In this document: one piece after another, positions 1 through 8,986 of the stretch
Layout of the letters: each line of letters starts with the position of its first letter
Position numbering within the stretch: the stretch's first letter is position 1
Assembly (NCBI GenBank): GCA_963664115.2
Contig: CAXWPJ010000002.1
Span: 928,001 to 992,000 of the forward strand
DNA length: 64,000 nucleotides
Source: Terriglobia bacterium
Lineage (GTDB): Bacteria > Acidobacteriota > Terriglobia > 20CM-2-55-15
Reading direction: 5' to 3'
Program-made: the position numbers and the translations under genes
Notes under the pieces: generated by a model
Databases searched by the model: none
What the model saw: only the letters and a program-made list of their open reading frames with translations
What the model was told of the DNA's origin: nothing

Positions 1-133
1 TGAGCGCTTTTCCGGGTCCGAGCAGATGTTCCTGGCCCACGAATTCCGCCAGAGTTCGGGGACGCATCCGCTCAGCCAGGGGCACACGTTCGGTTTCCGG
101 AGCGGCGTGGGGGTCTTCGAACAGGGAGTCCAT
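1..133 (-). CDS. rarA: Replication-associated recombination protein A (AAA ATPase), 5' part; runs off the window edge
   Basis: Manual minus-strand translation from ATG at 133: [44 protein letters not shown], the RarA/MgsA N-terminal signature. Absent from the ORF track. Confidence 0.9.
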   Translation of the reverse strand, partial: MDSLFEDPHAAPETERVPLAERMRPRTLAEFVGQEHLLGPGKAL

Positions 134-136
134 GAA

Positions 137-916
137 TCAGTTGTCCTCAAAGCCGCGGCAGCGTGCGGCCTCGTATAGGACGATGCCCGCCGCGGTGGCG
201 GCGTTGAGTGAACCTACGGCCCCGGCATGCGGAATCCGAACGATGCTGTCGCAGGCCGAGAGTTCTTCCATGCTCAAACCCGCACCTTCGTTGCCCAATA
301 GTATCGCAGTAGGCCGGCGCCAGTCCTCGTCCGCAATCGAACGATCGGACGCCGCAGTCGTACCGACGATGCGGGCACCGCTGGATTTGATTTGATCGAT
401 GGCCCTTTGGAAATCGACACCCCACATATGCGGCAAACGGAACAGACTTCCGGCGCTTGCCCGAACCACCTTGTCGTTATACTGGCTGGCCGTACCTCCG
501 GTCGCGATGCAGCCGCTCGCCTGAAACGCTTCTGCAATCCGCAGGATGTTACCCACGTTTCCGGGATCCTGAATGCCGCACAATACAATGAGCAGAACCC
601 GAGGCCCGCCAAGCATCGTTTCGAGTGAGAATGTCGGGGGGCGTACCAGTGCGATCACACCCTGGGGTTCTCGGGTCGCACCCAGGGATCGAAATACGGG
701 AGGGGCGACCGTATAACTTCGGGCGGCCTGAAGATCGCAGACTTCGCCTTCCCGAACGAAAAGTTCCTGCACCTCCACTCCGCTCGTGGACACCTCATCC
801 AGTAGACGCGGACCTTCGATGGGGAGCAATCCATCCTCGGTCAGCCCGCCTTCTCGAAAGGCCCGGCGAATCTGGGCGAGTCTTGGATTGTGCTTACCAA
901 TCGGTTCCCGGCTCAT
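137..916 (-). CDS. TrmH/SpoU-family RNA methyltransferase
   Basis: SPOUT motifs IQDPGNVGNILR, LLGNEGAGL and VRIP...SLNAATAAGIVLYE. Confidence 0.92.
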   Translation of the reverse strand: MSREPIGKHNPRLAQIRRAFREGGLTEDGLLPIEGPRLLDEVSTSGVEVQELFVREGEVCDLQAARSYTVAPPVFRSLGATREPQGVIALVRPPTFSLETMLGGPRVLLIVLCGIQDPGNVGNILRIAEAFQASGCIATGGTASQYNDKVVRASAGSLFRLPHMWGVDFQRAIDQIKSSGARIVGTTAASDRSIADEDWRRPTAILLGNEGAGLSMEELSACDSIVRIPHAGAVGSLNAATAAGIVLYEAARCRGFEDN

Positions 917-946
917 GACAGTCGTATTATGGCAGGGCCGGTGCGA

Positions 947-1006
947 TTATGAGTTATAAGAGTTAAGAGTCAGAGTTGAGAGCCATTAATTTTCAGCTCA
1001 TAACTG
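947..1006. repeat. Intergenic palindromic element built from GAGTTAA-like heptamers
   Basis: TTATGAG...CTCATAA arms. Shares GAGTTAAGAGT and CTCATAACTG with the element at 10540-10584. Confidence 0.55.
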
Positions 1007-1019
1007 TTTACTTCCTGAA

Positions 1020-1667
1020 ATGACACGCGAAATCAGCGCGGATCAGCTAGACCCTACCACTCTGGCCGATATCGCACACACGCTTGAAACGGGAGGCGTC
1101 CTCTGCTTTCCAACGGATTCGGTCTACGGGCTTGCGGTGAATCCTGCGAATTCAGAGGCAGTGGAGCGGCTTTTCACGCTCAAGGGCCGTAGCAGGGCGA
1201 AACCCTTACTCCTGCTCCTGGACTCAATCGAAATGGCACGGACGGTCTCTCTGCCCAATCCCGTTTTCGAAGACCTGGCGGCCGCTTTCTGGCCGGGTCC
1301 GCTCACGCTTGTAACCGGCGCCCAGGACCATCTGCCCGACGGCGTCACCGCCGGTACCGGAACGATCGGAGTGCGTTGGCCTGCCTCTTCCGTAGCGCAG
1401 CAGCTGATCGAGACTTTCGGTTCACCTGTGACCGGCACGAGTGCGAACCGCAGTGGACAAGCGGACATTCGATCGGCTCGTGAGGCGCTCGAGCAGTTGG
1501 GCGAAGGAATCGATGTTGTCATCGACGGAGGCAAATTAAAAGCTTCGCCGGCCTCTACGGTCCTGGACCTGAGCGGAGATCAGCCCGTCCTCCTGAGAGA
1601 AGGCCCCATCAGCTATCAAACGCTTGTCCGGTTTTTCGATGGCCGCCTTCAGAGGCAAAGCTCATGA
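1020..1667 (+). CDS. tsaC: L-threonylcarbamoyladenylate synthase (Sua5/YrdC family)
   Basis: FPTDSVYGL, KGR..KPL, FWPGPLT, TSANRSG and STVLD motifs. Confidence 0.93.
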   Translation: MTREISADQLDPTTLADIAHTLETGGVLCFPTDSVYGLAVNPANSEAVERLFTLKGRSRAKPLLLLLDSIEMARTVSLPNPVFEDLAAAFWPGPLTLVTGAQDHLPDGVTAGTGTIGVRWPASSVAQQLIETFGSPVTGTSANRSGQADIRSAREALEQLGEGIDVVIDGGKLKASPASTVLDLSGDQPVLLREGPISYQTLVRFFDGRLQRQSS

Positions 1668-2278
1668 AGAGCGCGCGCCTGGGCCGGATCGTGCTTGTCG
1701 TGGGAGGCACCCTCTTTTTCATCGCTGCCTACACAGCACTCACTTATTTACAGGTCCGGGGGGTTGCATCGACCGACGAAGCGGGTCCGGCCGACGCAAT
1801 CGTCGTACTTGGCGCAGCACAATACAATGGACGACCATCCCCAGTATTTCGGGCTCGACTCGACCACGCCCTGAAGCTGTTTGAAGAAGGCCATGCCAAC
1901 GTAATCGTCACCACTGGAAGTTTCGGACCCGATCCGAACTTTTCCGAAGCCCACGTCGCGACAGAATATTTATCGGAATCCGGCGTCGATCCGTCCCAGA
2001 TCATCACCGAGCAGGGAAGCGGCACGACATATGACACCGTTCTTGCGGTGGTTCGTTTAATGCAATCCAATGGATGGAGAACAGCTCTTATCGTCAGTGA
2101 CGGTTTCCATCTGCACCGTGTCAGCGAGATCTTCGAAGACAACGGGGTCGGGACGCGGGTGTCACCGGCACCGGACAGCCTGATTGAAACGTCGCGCTCC
2201 AGCCGGGCATGGTACAGCCTTCGAGAAGTGCTTTTGATTACCGCCTATCGTGTGGGGAAATTCGTCGGCGCCAATTGA
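1664..2278 (+). CDS. YdcF/DUF218 (ElyC/SanA-like) family protein
   Basis: N-terminal TM helix; DAIVVLGA, ARLDHA, SEA, VSDGFHLHR and LRE motifs. ATGA overlap with tsaC. Confidence 0.88.
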   Translation: MKSARLGRIVLVVGGTLFFIAAYTALTYLQVRGVASTDEAGPADAIVVLGAAQYNGRPSPVFRARLDHALKLFEEGHANVIVTTGSFGPDPNFSEAHVATEYLSESGVDPSQIITEQGSGTTYDTVLAVVRLMQSNGWRTALIVSDGFHLHRVSEIFEDNGVGTRVSPAPDSLIETSRSSRAWYSLREVLLITAYRVGKFVGAN

Positions 2279-2409
2279 CGGTGGCGGCAACCGAGACAGC
2301 TACGTGTCCGAAGTGTACGGGGAAGGTTATCGTTTACAGCCTGGGGCCATCCAGGTTGAAGACTCGCAGATGCTTGTTCTCCGAATCGCTCACACCCTCA
2401 AAGCCGCGT

Positions 2410-3261
2410 TTACTCGCCGGGCCCCAGGGCTCCAGGATTTCGAAACCCTTCGTTGTATGTATCCACCTCGTCCATCGGAGCGCAGATGGATTCTGTCACT
2501 CCGGAGAACAACCCAGGCCATCCATAGAAGGTATAGTTTTCGGGCGACTCACGGTGGAAGGTTTTAGGCGCTCCGGGCCAGGGGGCCGTGTAGTTCAGCG
2601 GATCATAAAGCGTCAATTCCAACTCGATCGCATCGGAGTCGACGCGTCTGTAGCGCTCTTCGATCCGTCCGTACAGACTGCGTGGATGACCCGGCCGGTC
2701 CAGCCAGGCCCTCTCATCCACGCCAACGGTGTTCACGACAAGCGTGTCTCCCTCCCAACGGCCGACGGAATGTCCATACCAGGCTGGACCAAGGTTGTCG
2801 AGGTTCTCGCCTGATGGCAACTCCCGGCCGTCCAGCCAGATGTATCGTATTCGGTGCTCCCACTGGAAGACCTGCAACATCCTGTCGGGAAACATGAGGA
2901 ATTCTACTTGCTCACCATTTTTGAGGATCTTAGGAAAACCCAATGGATTGCACTGGTATTCGGGGCTATTGGATTCATGCGGGTAGGAAACATCCGGTGA
3001 CAGAGGATGACTTCGGGCCGCCGTGCCAGGCACTGGAATACGGTTCCGTACGATCTCCATGGCACGTGGAGTCAGTTGGGGCCGGGTATCCGGGCCAAAA
3101 CTCGCAAATTCGCTGACTGAGTCGTCTAAAAGGTAAATCCCCGAGAAATCTCGCCGGTCGAAGTCGCCTGACGCCGGCTCCTGGCCGGACACGTCGGACA
3201 GTAACCCGAACGAAAGAACCAGGGCCGACACCATGACGCAGTTTAGGAGACGACTCATCAT
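2410..3261 (-). CDS. Conserved secreted hypothetical protein (GHSVGRWEGDTLVV family, usual DUF6152 partner)
   Basis: Signal peptide; motifs DFSGIY, CNPLGFP, RYIWLDGR, WYGHSVGRWEGDTLVVNT, DP..YT.PW and a C-terminal E.IC. Confidence 0.75.
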   Translation of the reverse strand: MMSRLLNCVMVSALVLSFGLLSDVSGQEPASGDFDRRDFSGIYLLDDSVSEFASFGPDTRPQLTPRAMEIVRNRIPVPGTAARSHPLSPDVSYPHESNSPEYQCNPLGFPKILKNGEQVEFLMFPDRMLQVFQWEHRIRYIWLDGRELPSGENLDNLGPAWYGHSVGRWEGDTLVVNTVGVDERAWLDRPGHPRSLYGRIEERYRRVDSDAIELELTLYDPLNYTAPWPGAPKTFHRESPENYTFYGWPGLFSGVTESICAPMDEVDTYNEGFRNPGALGPGE

Positions 3262-3347
3262 ATTTTTTAAATCTCCTGTACGGTTCTGGCCGTGACCGCA
3301 AAACGTGGCTTCATAACGATCGGGACCCGAATCGCCGTGTGTCTCGG

Positions 3348-3750
3348 CTAATCTAAAGGATTTCCACCGCGACGTCGCGACATGATGATGGAGCCATCTT
3401 CTAGAATAACTTCCACCACAACAGCCGTGGGTGCGCCCGCAGCGGAAGGATTCACTACAACGGTGATTTCCTGGCCAACCTTCAGCGTATTCCGACCATA
3501 GCCCAGACGGGCCAACCGGGCGACTCCGGCGTTCTCAAAACCCCAGGTGACGACATTGCCATCCTCGTCTTCCGCCTCTATATAAATCACGACGTGAGGA
3601 TTGCGCCAGGACACTTCGGACACTGTGCCCTTCAGTGTCAGTTCGGTCTCCATGTCATAGGTGTTCCCACGGCCGTGATGTGCCTCCAGCGGCCCCACGA
3701 CAACTGCCAGGGCCAGAATGCCCATCAAAAATGCCGCAGATTTCGCCATC
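3348..3750 (-). CDS. DUF6152-family periplasmic protein
   Basis: Start trimmed to MAKSAAFL (GGGGAG RBS). Signal peptide ends LEA|HH; L.GTV...W.NPH and LKVG..I.V motifs. Confidence 0.8.
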
Positions 3751-3922
3751 GAAACTCCCCTTGATCGTGAAGTCCTTAAAGTAATGTGAGCAGCTCTCGG
3801 TTGCGCAGCCACTCCTAAAGACGACTGTTCCTAGATTATTCAGGTAATCTTACTATCACGCGAAGACGAGACTTACGTTTTTATTACGACGCCGACGCAA
3901 CTTGCAACTTTCTCAATCCGTT

Positions 3923-4153
3923 GAAGAGAAGCCCCCCAACGCGAGTATCCAACGACAAACAATTTGCCGTTTGGTCGGTCTGTATCTGAGTTGTCTTATC
4001 CTGCTAAGACACGTTCAGTGATTGGGACCTGCATGCCCAAGCATCGGCATCAGGAGTGGATTCGGTTTCTCAATACAATCAAACGCTCCGTGCCCAAAGA
4101 CAAGCAGATCCATATCATCTGCGACAACTATGCGACGCACAAACACCAGAAAG
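3923..4153 (+). pseudogene. IS630 transposase relic
   Basis: SVIGTCMPKHRHQEWIRFLNTIKRSVPKDKQIHIICDNYATHKHQK closely matches the intact copy at 7871-8956; upstream blocks are collinear with it. Confidence 0.9.
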
Positions 4154-4442
4154 CCGTCGCTGTCTACCGCTGAAAATGACTCTCAAGTCCTGAACAATCC
4201 TGCCGGATCAACCGGTCGATCGAACACTTGCGTTTAGTGTCTCTGTCGAAGTTGCGAACTCCAGCATCTCACGGGTTCGTCCAGAATCTCTTTCGACTGG
4301 GCAGGCGCCGGCCACGGACTGGTCATCAGCGGATGCTACGAGCGCAGTGTCTCGTCGTATGGGCGGCGGTGACCGCAGCCTGATACTGACAGTCGCCGGC
4401 ATTTTGCGTACGCCGGTTAACTTTACAGCGCCTGACGAGGGT

Positions 4443-5007
4443 CTAGTAGGGGTAGCCTTCAAACCTTGGCATTCCAGGCTTCCAATCCGGTAGGGGCTCC
4501 CATGCATCGCGGTTTGGCATCTTCACCCGCGGCAGACTCTGGGCGTCCATTACCGCGTCCTCCGGGATGACACCGTTTATGTTGAGCAGAAAGGCCGTCA
4601 GCGCGTAGACCTCATCGGCGGTGAGTTCCCTCACTGTAGAGAGGCATGGCGCGATTGATGTAGTCCCATACCGTCGTCGCGTACGGCGCGCGGAACGGCA
4701 GTACTCGCCCCAAGTCCCAGGGGTCGACATCTGGCCCCCCTTCGGCTTTTACCAGAGTGGGAGCTTCGCCAATCCCCGTCGCTGTCGCCCCGTGGCATAT
4801 AAAGCACCCCTGACGCTGATAGACCAGCGCACCTTCCTCCGATGTTCCGCGCCCCGGCGGGAGTTCCTCTCCCGTAGGACTGATGGAGATATCCCAGGCA
4901 CGGATTTCCTCTTCGCTCGGAGTGCTTCCCACACCGTAGGTGGGCGACTGCGCCAGCGCGGAGCCCCCCAGCAGCAAGACAATCGGGAGAAGCCTAAGAG
5001 TACGCAT
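4443..5007 (-). pseudogene. SoxD/SorB-like c-type cytochrome, frameshifted near 4622
   Basis: Frame 1 has a signal peptide, CFICH and WDYINRAMP. Frame 2 continues LTADEVYALTAFLL...VKMPNRD. Restoring 2 nt (ACT CTC ACC) joins them. Confidence 0.85.
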
Positions 5008-6238
5008 TGTGAACGCTCCCATCGCTGGCGATTCTCCAGGTCTGAATGCTATTGTCCTGGCCCGGGACCCTGTATGACGGATCCAGGGGCACGTTAAAGA
5101 ACGCGGCGACCTGGGCTCGCGATGGTTGAATCTGGCCCCGTTCGTCCGTGCAGCGCGAAAGGAGCTCGGTCTCTGATCCGTCCCAATTCCAGTTGAGGCT
5201 GAACCGGGTATGGGCCATGCGATATGCCGTTCCGTGAATCTGGGCGTCTGTCCAGCGTCGGCCGCCGTCGGTGGATACCTCCACCCTGCCTATGGTGCCC
5301 CCACCGGACCAGGCCAGGCCGCTGATCTGGTAGAATTCGCGACCGGGCAACTGCTGTCCCGCGCAGGGAAAGGTGATGACCGATTTCGGTCCGATCTGGT
5401 AACCCAAGGCAGCGTTTTCAGCCTCGCGTCGAAGATGCCCGTAGTCGTTGTAGGTCATGTAGTACTGGTCCACCGCCTTGATTCGCCTCAGATACTTCGT
5501 ATGAAAGATTCCTTCGAAGCCGGGAACCATCAACCGCAGCGGATAACCTTGCTGGGGACGCACCGCCTCGCCGTTCATGCCGTAGCACACCAGAGTGTCG
5601 TCCATGGCCTTCGCCATCGGAATGCTCGACGCTCCCTTCACTTCCTCTATCCCTTCCGCAACGATCCAGGACGCCGCGGCTTTCACGCCGGCCTCCCTGA
5701 GCAGCACAGACAGGAGCACTCCGGTCCATTCGGCGCAACTGGTCATCCCGTGCGAATCCTGAATTGATGTATACGCGGCATTCGGACGGTTCGCCGCGCA
5801 CTCGATGAAATGAAGGCGGGTGACGGAAGGGAGGCGCTTCAGATCCTCCATGGTGAAGGTCAGCGGACGGTCCACCATGCCGTGGATCATGAGCCGATGC
5901 TCCTGGGGATCGATGTCCGGAATGTAGGAGCCACGCGTGGTCCCCACATAGTGGAGCGCGGATGGCGTGATCACCCCCACCGAATCCTGGAGCGGAGTCG
6001 CCATGTGCATAACCTTTCCAAAGGCATCGGGCGAACCCCTTCTGCCATGCGATGTGCGTACCGCGGTCTGGAAACGGGAGCGCTGTCCATAGGCGATCAG
6101 TTCCTCACTACCCGTGATGAACGTTTCAGGGTCCCGTAGCTGGCCTCTCGCGGGCCTTACCGCTCCCAAGGTCAAACCACCGGCCAACATGGCGCCGCTT
6201 TTTAGGAATCCCCTTCGACCCGATCGTTTCAATCCCAT
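4994..6238 (-). CDS. soxC: Tat-exported sulfite oxidase-family molybdoenzyme (SoxC/SorA-like)
   Basis: Tat motif RRGFLK; Mo-ligand FIECAAN; EWTGV, QGYPLRL and ISGLAWSG...VEVSTDGG motifs. Start placed at ATG 6238 after GAAGGAG. Confidence 0.85.
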   Translation of the reverse strand: MGLKRSGRRGFLKSGAMLAGGLTLGAVRPARGQLRDPETFITGSEELIAYGQRSRFQTAVRTSHGRRGSPDAFGKVMHMATPLQDSVGVITPSALHYVGTTRGSYIPDIDPQEHRLMIHGMVDRPLTFTMEDLKRLPSVTRLHFIECAANRPNAAYTSIQDSHGMTSCAEWTGVLLSVLLREAGVKAAASWIVAEGIEEVKGASSIPMAKAMDDTLVCYGMNGEAVRPQQGYPLRLMVPGFEGIFHTKYLRRIKAVDQYYMTYNDYGHLRREAENAALGYQIGPKSVITFPCAGQQLPGREFYQISGLAWSGGGTIGRVEVSTDGGRRWTDAQIHGTAYRMAHTRFSLNWNWDGSETELLSRCTDERGQIQPSRAQVAAFFNVPLDPSYRVPGQDNSIQTWRIASDGSVHNAYS

Positions 6239-6327
6239 GGGTTTCTCCTTCACAAATGAGGTTATTTGGAAATCGCTTCCCGATGGTCGAAAGTAAATGC
6301 CACTTCAGGATCCAATCAGGCGCAATC

Positions 6328-7712
6328 GAGTTATTGTCAAAAGTGGTGTTTAGGAGATTGATTCAAGCGGCGGCCTGATCGACTTGTGTCGCTTCGACAC
6401 CATCGTTGAATTTCACTCCGATGATTACCTTGCTCAGATCATCGAATCCTCGTAATCGTCGCCAATTGTTCTCAGCGCACTGGCCCAGTTTGAACATCAT
6501 GTGCAGCATGCCATCCCGTGTCAGGCAACCTCTGGATCGCTTCGTTCGGTGTCGAATGGTGGCAAAGGTCGACTCAATGGGATTCGTCGTTCTGATGCTC
6601 TGCCAGTGCTTGGCCGGAAAGTCGTAAAAGGCCAGCAGTTCCTCTCTGTCTTTCTGCAGGCAGAGTGTGGCTTTCGGATACTTCGGTTCATAGGTTTCAA
6701 TGAACAAGTCGAATGCCTTCTCGGCGTCTGCCTTCGTCTCGGCCTGCCAGATCGAGTGCAGGGCCTGTTTCGCCTTCGCCTGGACCGACTTGGGCAGGCA
6801 GTTGAGGACGTTCATGACTTTGTGCATCCAGCAACGTTGTTGACGTGTCTCGGGATAGATTTCCTCCAGTGCGGCCCAGAACCCCATCGCACCGTCACCG
6901 ATGGCCAACTTCGGAACATTCATCCCACGGGACTTCAGCTTCAACAAGACCTCGCGCCAACTCTGTGTCGATTCCCGTACACCGTCTTCGATCGCCAGGA
7001 AACGCTTCTCTCCGCGTTCATTCACGCCGATCACGACCAATGCACACAACTTGGTTTGTTCCGCCCGAAGTCCGCTGTAGATGCCGTCGGCCCAGACATA
7101 GACCCAGCGATCTGCATCCAAACGCTCCTCGCATCCGAGGCGGTACTGTTCGCCCCAAACCTGTTTCAACCGCGATACCGTGCTCGCCGACAGACCCTGC
7201 GCCTGGGGACCGACAAGAACTTTTAGGGCCTCACCCATCTCGCCGCTGGAAACGCCTTTCAAATACAACCACGGCACCGCTGCTTCCAGCGACTTCGTCT
7301 TCCGAATGTACGGTGGTACCAGGGCCGATCGGAACGTCACAGCTTCGCCCGTCTTGGCACGGACCTTCGGGATTTGGACTGTTACCGGACCCAATCCCGT
7401 CTGCAGTTCGCGTTCCGGCAGATAACCGTTGCGTACCACCCCGGCGTTTCCTGTCTCAGTTCGCCGGCCACCGTGCTGGGATAGCAGCTCTGCCAATTCG
7501 GCTTCCACTGCGCGTTGGATCAGTTGCTGTGCCCCAACTCGTAGTAGTTCTGTTACTGGATCCTCAATCGTTTCTCGACCTTCCGGTCCATTCACGTTAC
7601 TCTTGCTCACAGTGGCGTATCTCCTATGGTTGCTTTGAAGTTTTGTCACAACAAATCAACCAGATACGCCGCTCTTATTCAATCCCTCAAACACCAGATT
7701 CGGTTATAACTC
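6328..7712 (-). mobile_element. IS256-family insertion sequence, 1385 bp
   Basis: Imperfect TIRs GAGTTATTGTCAAAAGTGGTGTTT / GAGTTATAACCGAATCTGGTGTTT; perfect 9-bp TSD GGCGCAATC at 6319-6327 and 7713-7721. Confidence 0.95.
6363..7649 (-). CDS. IS256-family (Mutator) DDE transposase
   Basis: RNGY, YVWADG, AIGDGAMGFW, QRCWMHK and IRTTNPIES motifs. Confidence 0.96.
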   Translation of the reverse strand: MTKLQSNHRRYATVSKSNVNGPEGRETIEDPVTELLRVGAQQLIQRAVEAELAELLSQHGGRRTETGNAGVVRNGYLPERELQTGLGPVTVQIPKVRAKTGEAVTFRSALVPPYIRKTKSLEAAVPWLYLKGVSSGEMGEALKVLVGPQAQGLSASTVSRLKQVWGEQYRLGCEERLDADRWVYVWADGIYSGLRAEQTKLCALVVIGVNERGEKRFLAIEDGVRESTQSWREVLLKLKSRGMNVPKLAIGDGAMGFWAALEEIYPETRQQRCWMHKVMNVLNCLPKSVQAKAKQALHSIWQAETKADAEKAFDLFIETYEPKYPKATLCLQKDREELLAFYDFPAKHWQSIRTTNPIESTFATIRHRTKRSRGCLTRDGMLHMMFKLGQCAENNWRRLRGFDDLSKVIIGVKFNDGVEATQVDQAAA

Positions 7713-7813
7713 GGCGCAATCTGGAGTGACTTCGAGCGCAGGCCAACGATGAGGGGCTCCGGTTTTTCGGGCCGGAGTGAACTCTGCGGCACTCGCTCCT
7801 GGATGGGTAACGC

Positions 7814-8968
7814 TAGTGTACCCCGCTCGAAGTAATGTAACTAAAATAGCTTTCCAACGTCCAATAGAGAATGAGGAAAGCACCGACCATTGAATTGGAT
7901 GACAAGCAGCGGATGGAGTTGGAGCGACTGAGTCGAAGCCGGAGTACATCGGTCCGGTTGGCGGAACGATCCCGAATTGTATTACTGGCCGCTGAAGGTC
8001 GGAACAATTATGAGATCGCCGCCCGCTTGGAGATCACGCGCCAGAAAGCGGGCCGCTGGCGCAATCGTTTTGTGGAACAGGGCTTGGCTGGGATCGAAAA
8101 GGATGCGCCGCGAAGCGGACGGATTCCCACGATCAGTCGCCGGAAGCGAGCCCGGATCGTCAAGAAGACACTGGAAGAGAAGCCCCCGAACGCGACGCAC
8201 TGGAGTCGGGCCTCGATGGCGAAGGCCGTTGGCGTGAGCGAGTCCACGGTCGGGAAAATCTGGCGGGTCCATGGACTGAAGCCTCATCTGTCACGAACCT
8301 TCAAACTATCCAACGACAAACGATTCGCCGAAAAGCTGGAGGATGTGGTCGGTCTGTATCTGAGCCCACCGGAAAACGCCATTGTCTTGTCCTGCGATGA
8401 GAAGAGCCAGATGCAGGCCCTGGACCGCACGCAACCCGGGTTACCTCTGAAGAAGGGGCGGTGTGGCACCATGACCCACGATTACAAACGTAACGGGACA
8501 ACCACGCTTTTCGCCGCGCTCAACATCCTGGACGGTTCGGTCATCGGAACCTGCATGCCAAAGCATCGCCATCAGGAATGGATCCGGTTTCTGAATCAGA
8601 TCAAACGCGCCATGCCGAAAGATAAGGAGATCCACATTATTTGCGACAACTATGCGACTCACAAACATCAGAAAGTCGTCAACTGGCTCAAGCGTAACAA
8701 GCGTTTTCATGTGCACTTCACGCCAACCAGTGCGTCGTGGCTCAACATGGTCGAGCGCTTTTTCCGGGATCTGTCCGAGCAACGACTCCGGCGTGGCGTT
8801 TTCCGCTCGGTCCCCGAGTTGATCCAGGCCGTGGAGGACTACCTCGCTCGTCACAATGAAGACCCGAAACCCTTCATCTGGACTGCAACGGCTTCCGACA
8901 TCCTTGCTAAAGTCCAGCGCGGCCGGCGAAATCTTGATAAGTTACAGTCTGTTTAACGGGGACCACTA
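7814..8968 (+). mobile_element. IS630-family insertion sequence
   Basis: Ends TAGTGTACCCCG / TAGTGGTCCCCG (reverse complement); TA duplication within a CTAG target. Confidence 0.93.
7871..8956 (+). CDS. IS630-family transposase
   Basis: HTH region, CDEKS, HDYKRNGT, ICDNYATHK and SWLNMVERFF. Confidence 0.96.
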   Translation: MRKAPTIELDDKQRMELERLSRSRSTSVRLAERSRIVLLAAEGRNNYEIAARLEITRQKAGRWRNRFVEQGLAGIEKDAPRSGRIPTISRRKRARIVKKTLEEKPPNATHWSRASMAKAVGVSESTVGKIWRVHGLKPHLSRTFKLSNDKRFAEKLEDVVGLYLSPPENAIVLSCDEKSQMQALDRTQPGLPLKKGRCGTMTHDYKRNGTTTLFAALNILDGSVIGTCMPKHRHQEWIRFLNQIKRAMPKDKEIHIICDNYATHKHQKVVNWLKRNKRFHVHFTPTSASWLNMVERFFRDLSEQRLRRGVFRSVPELIQAVEDYLARHNEDPKPFIWTATASDILAKVQRGRRNLDKLQSV

Positions 8969-8986
8969 GCTTAGGTCCTGGTGAGG

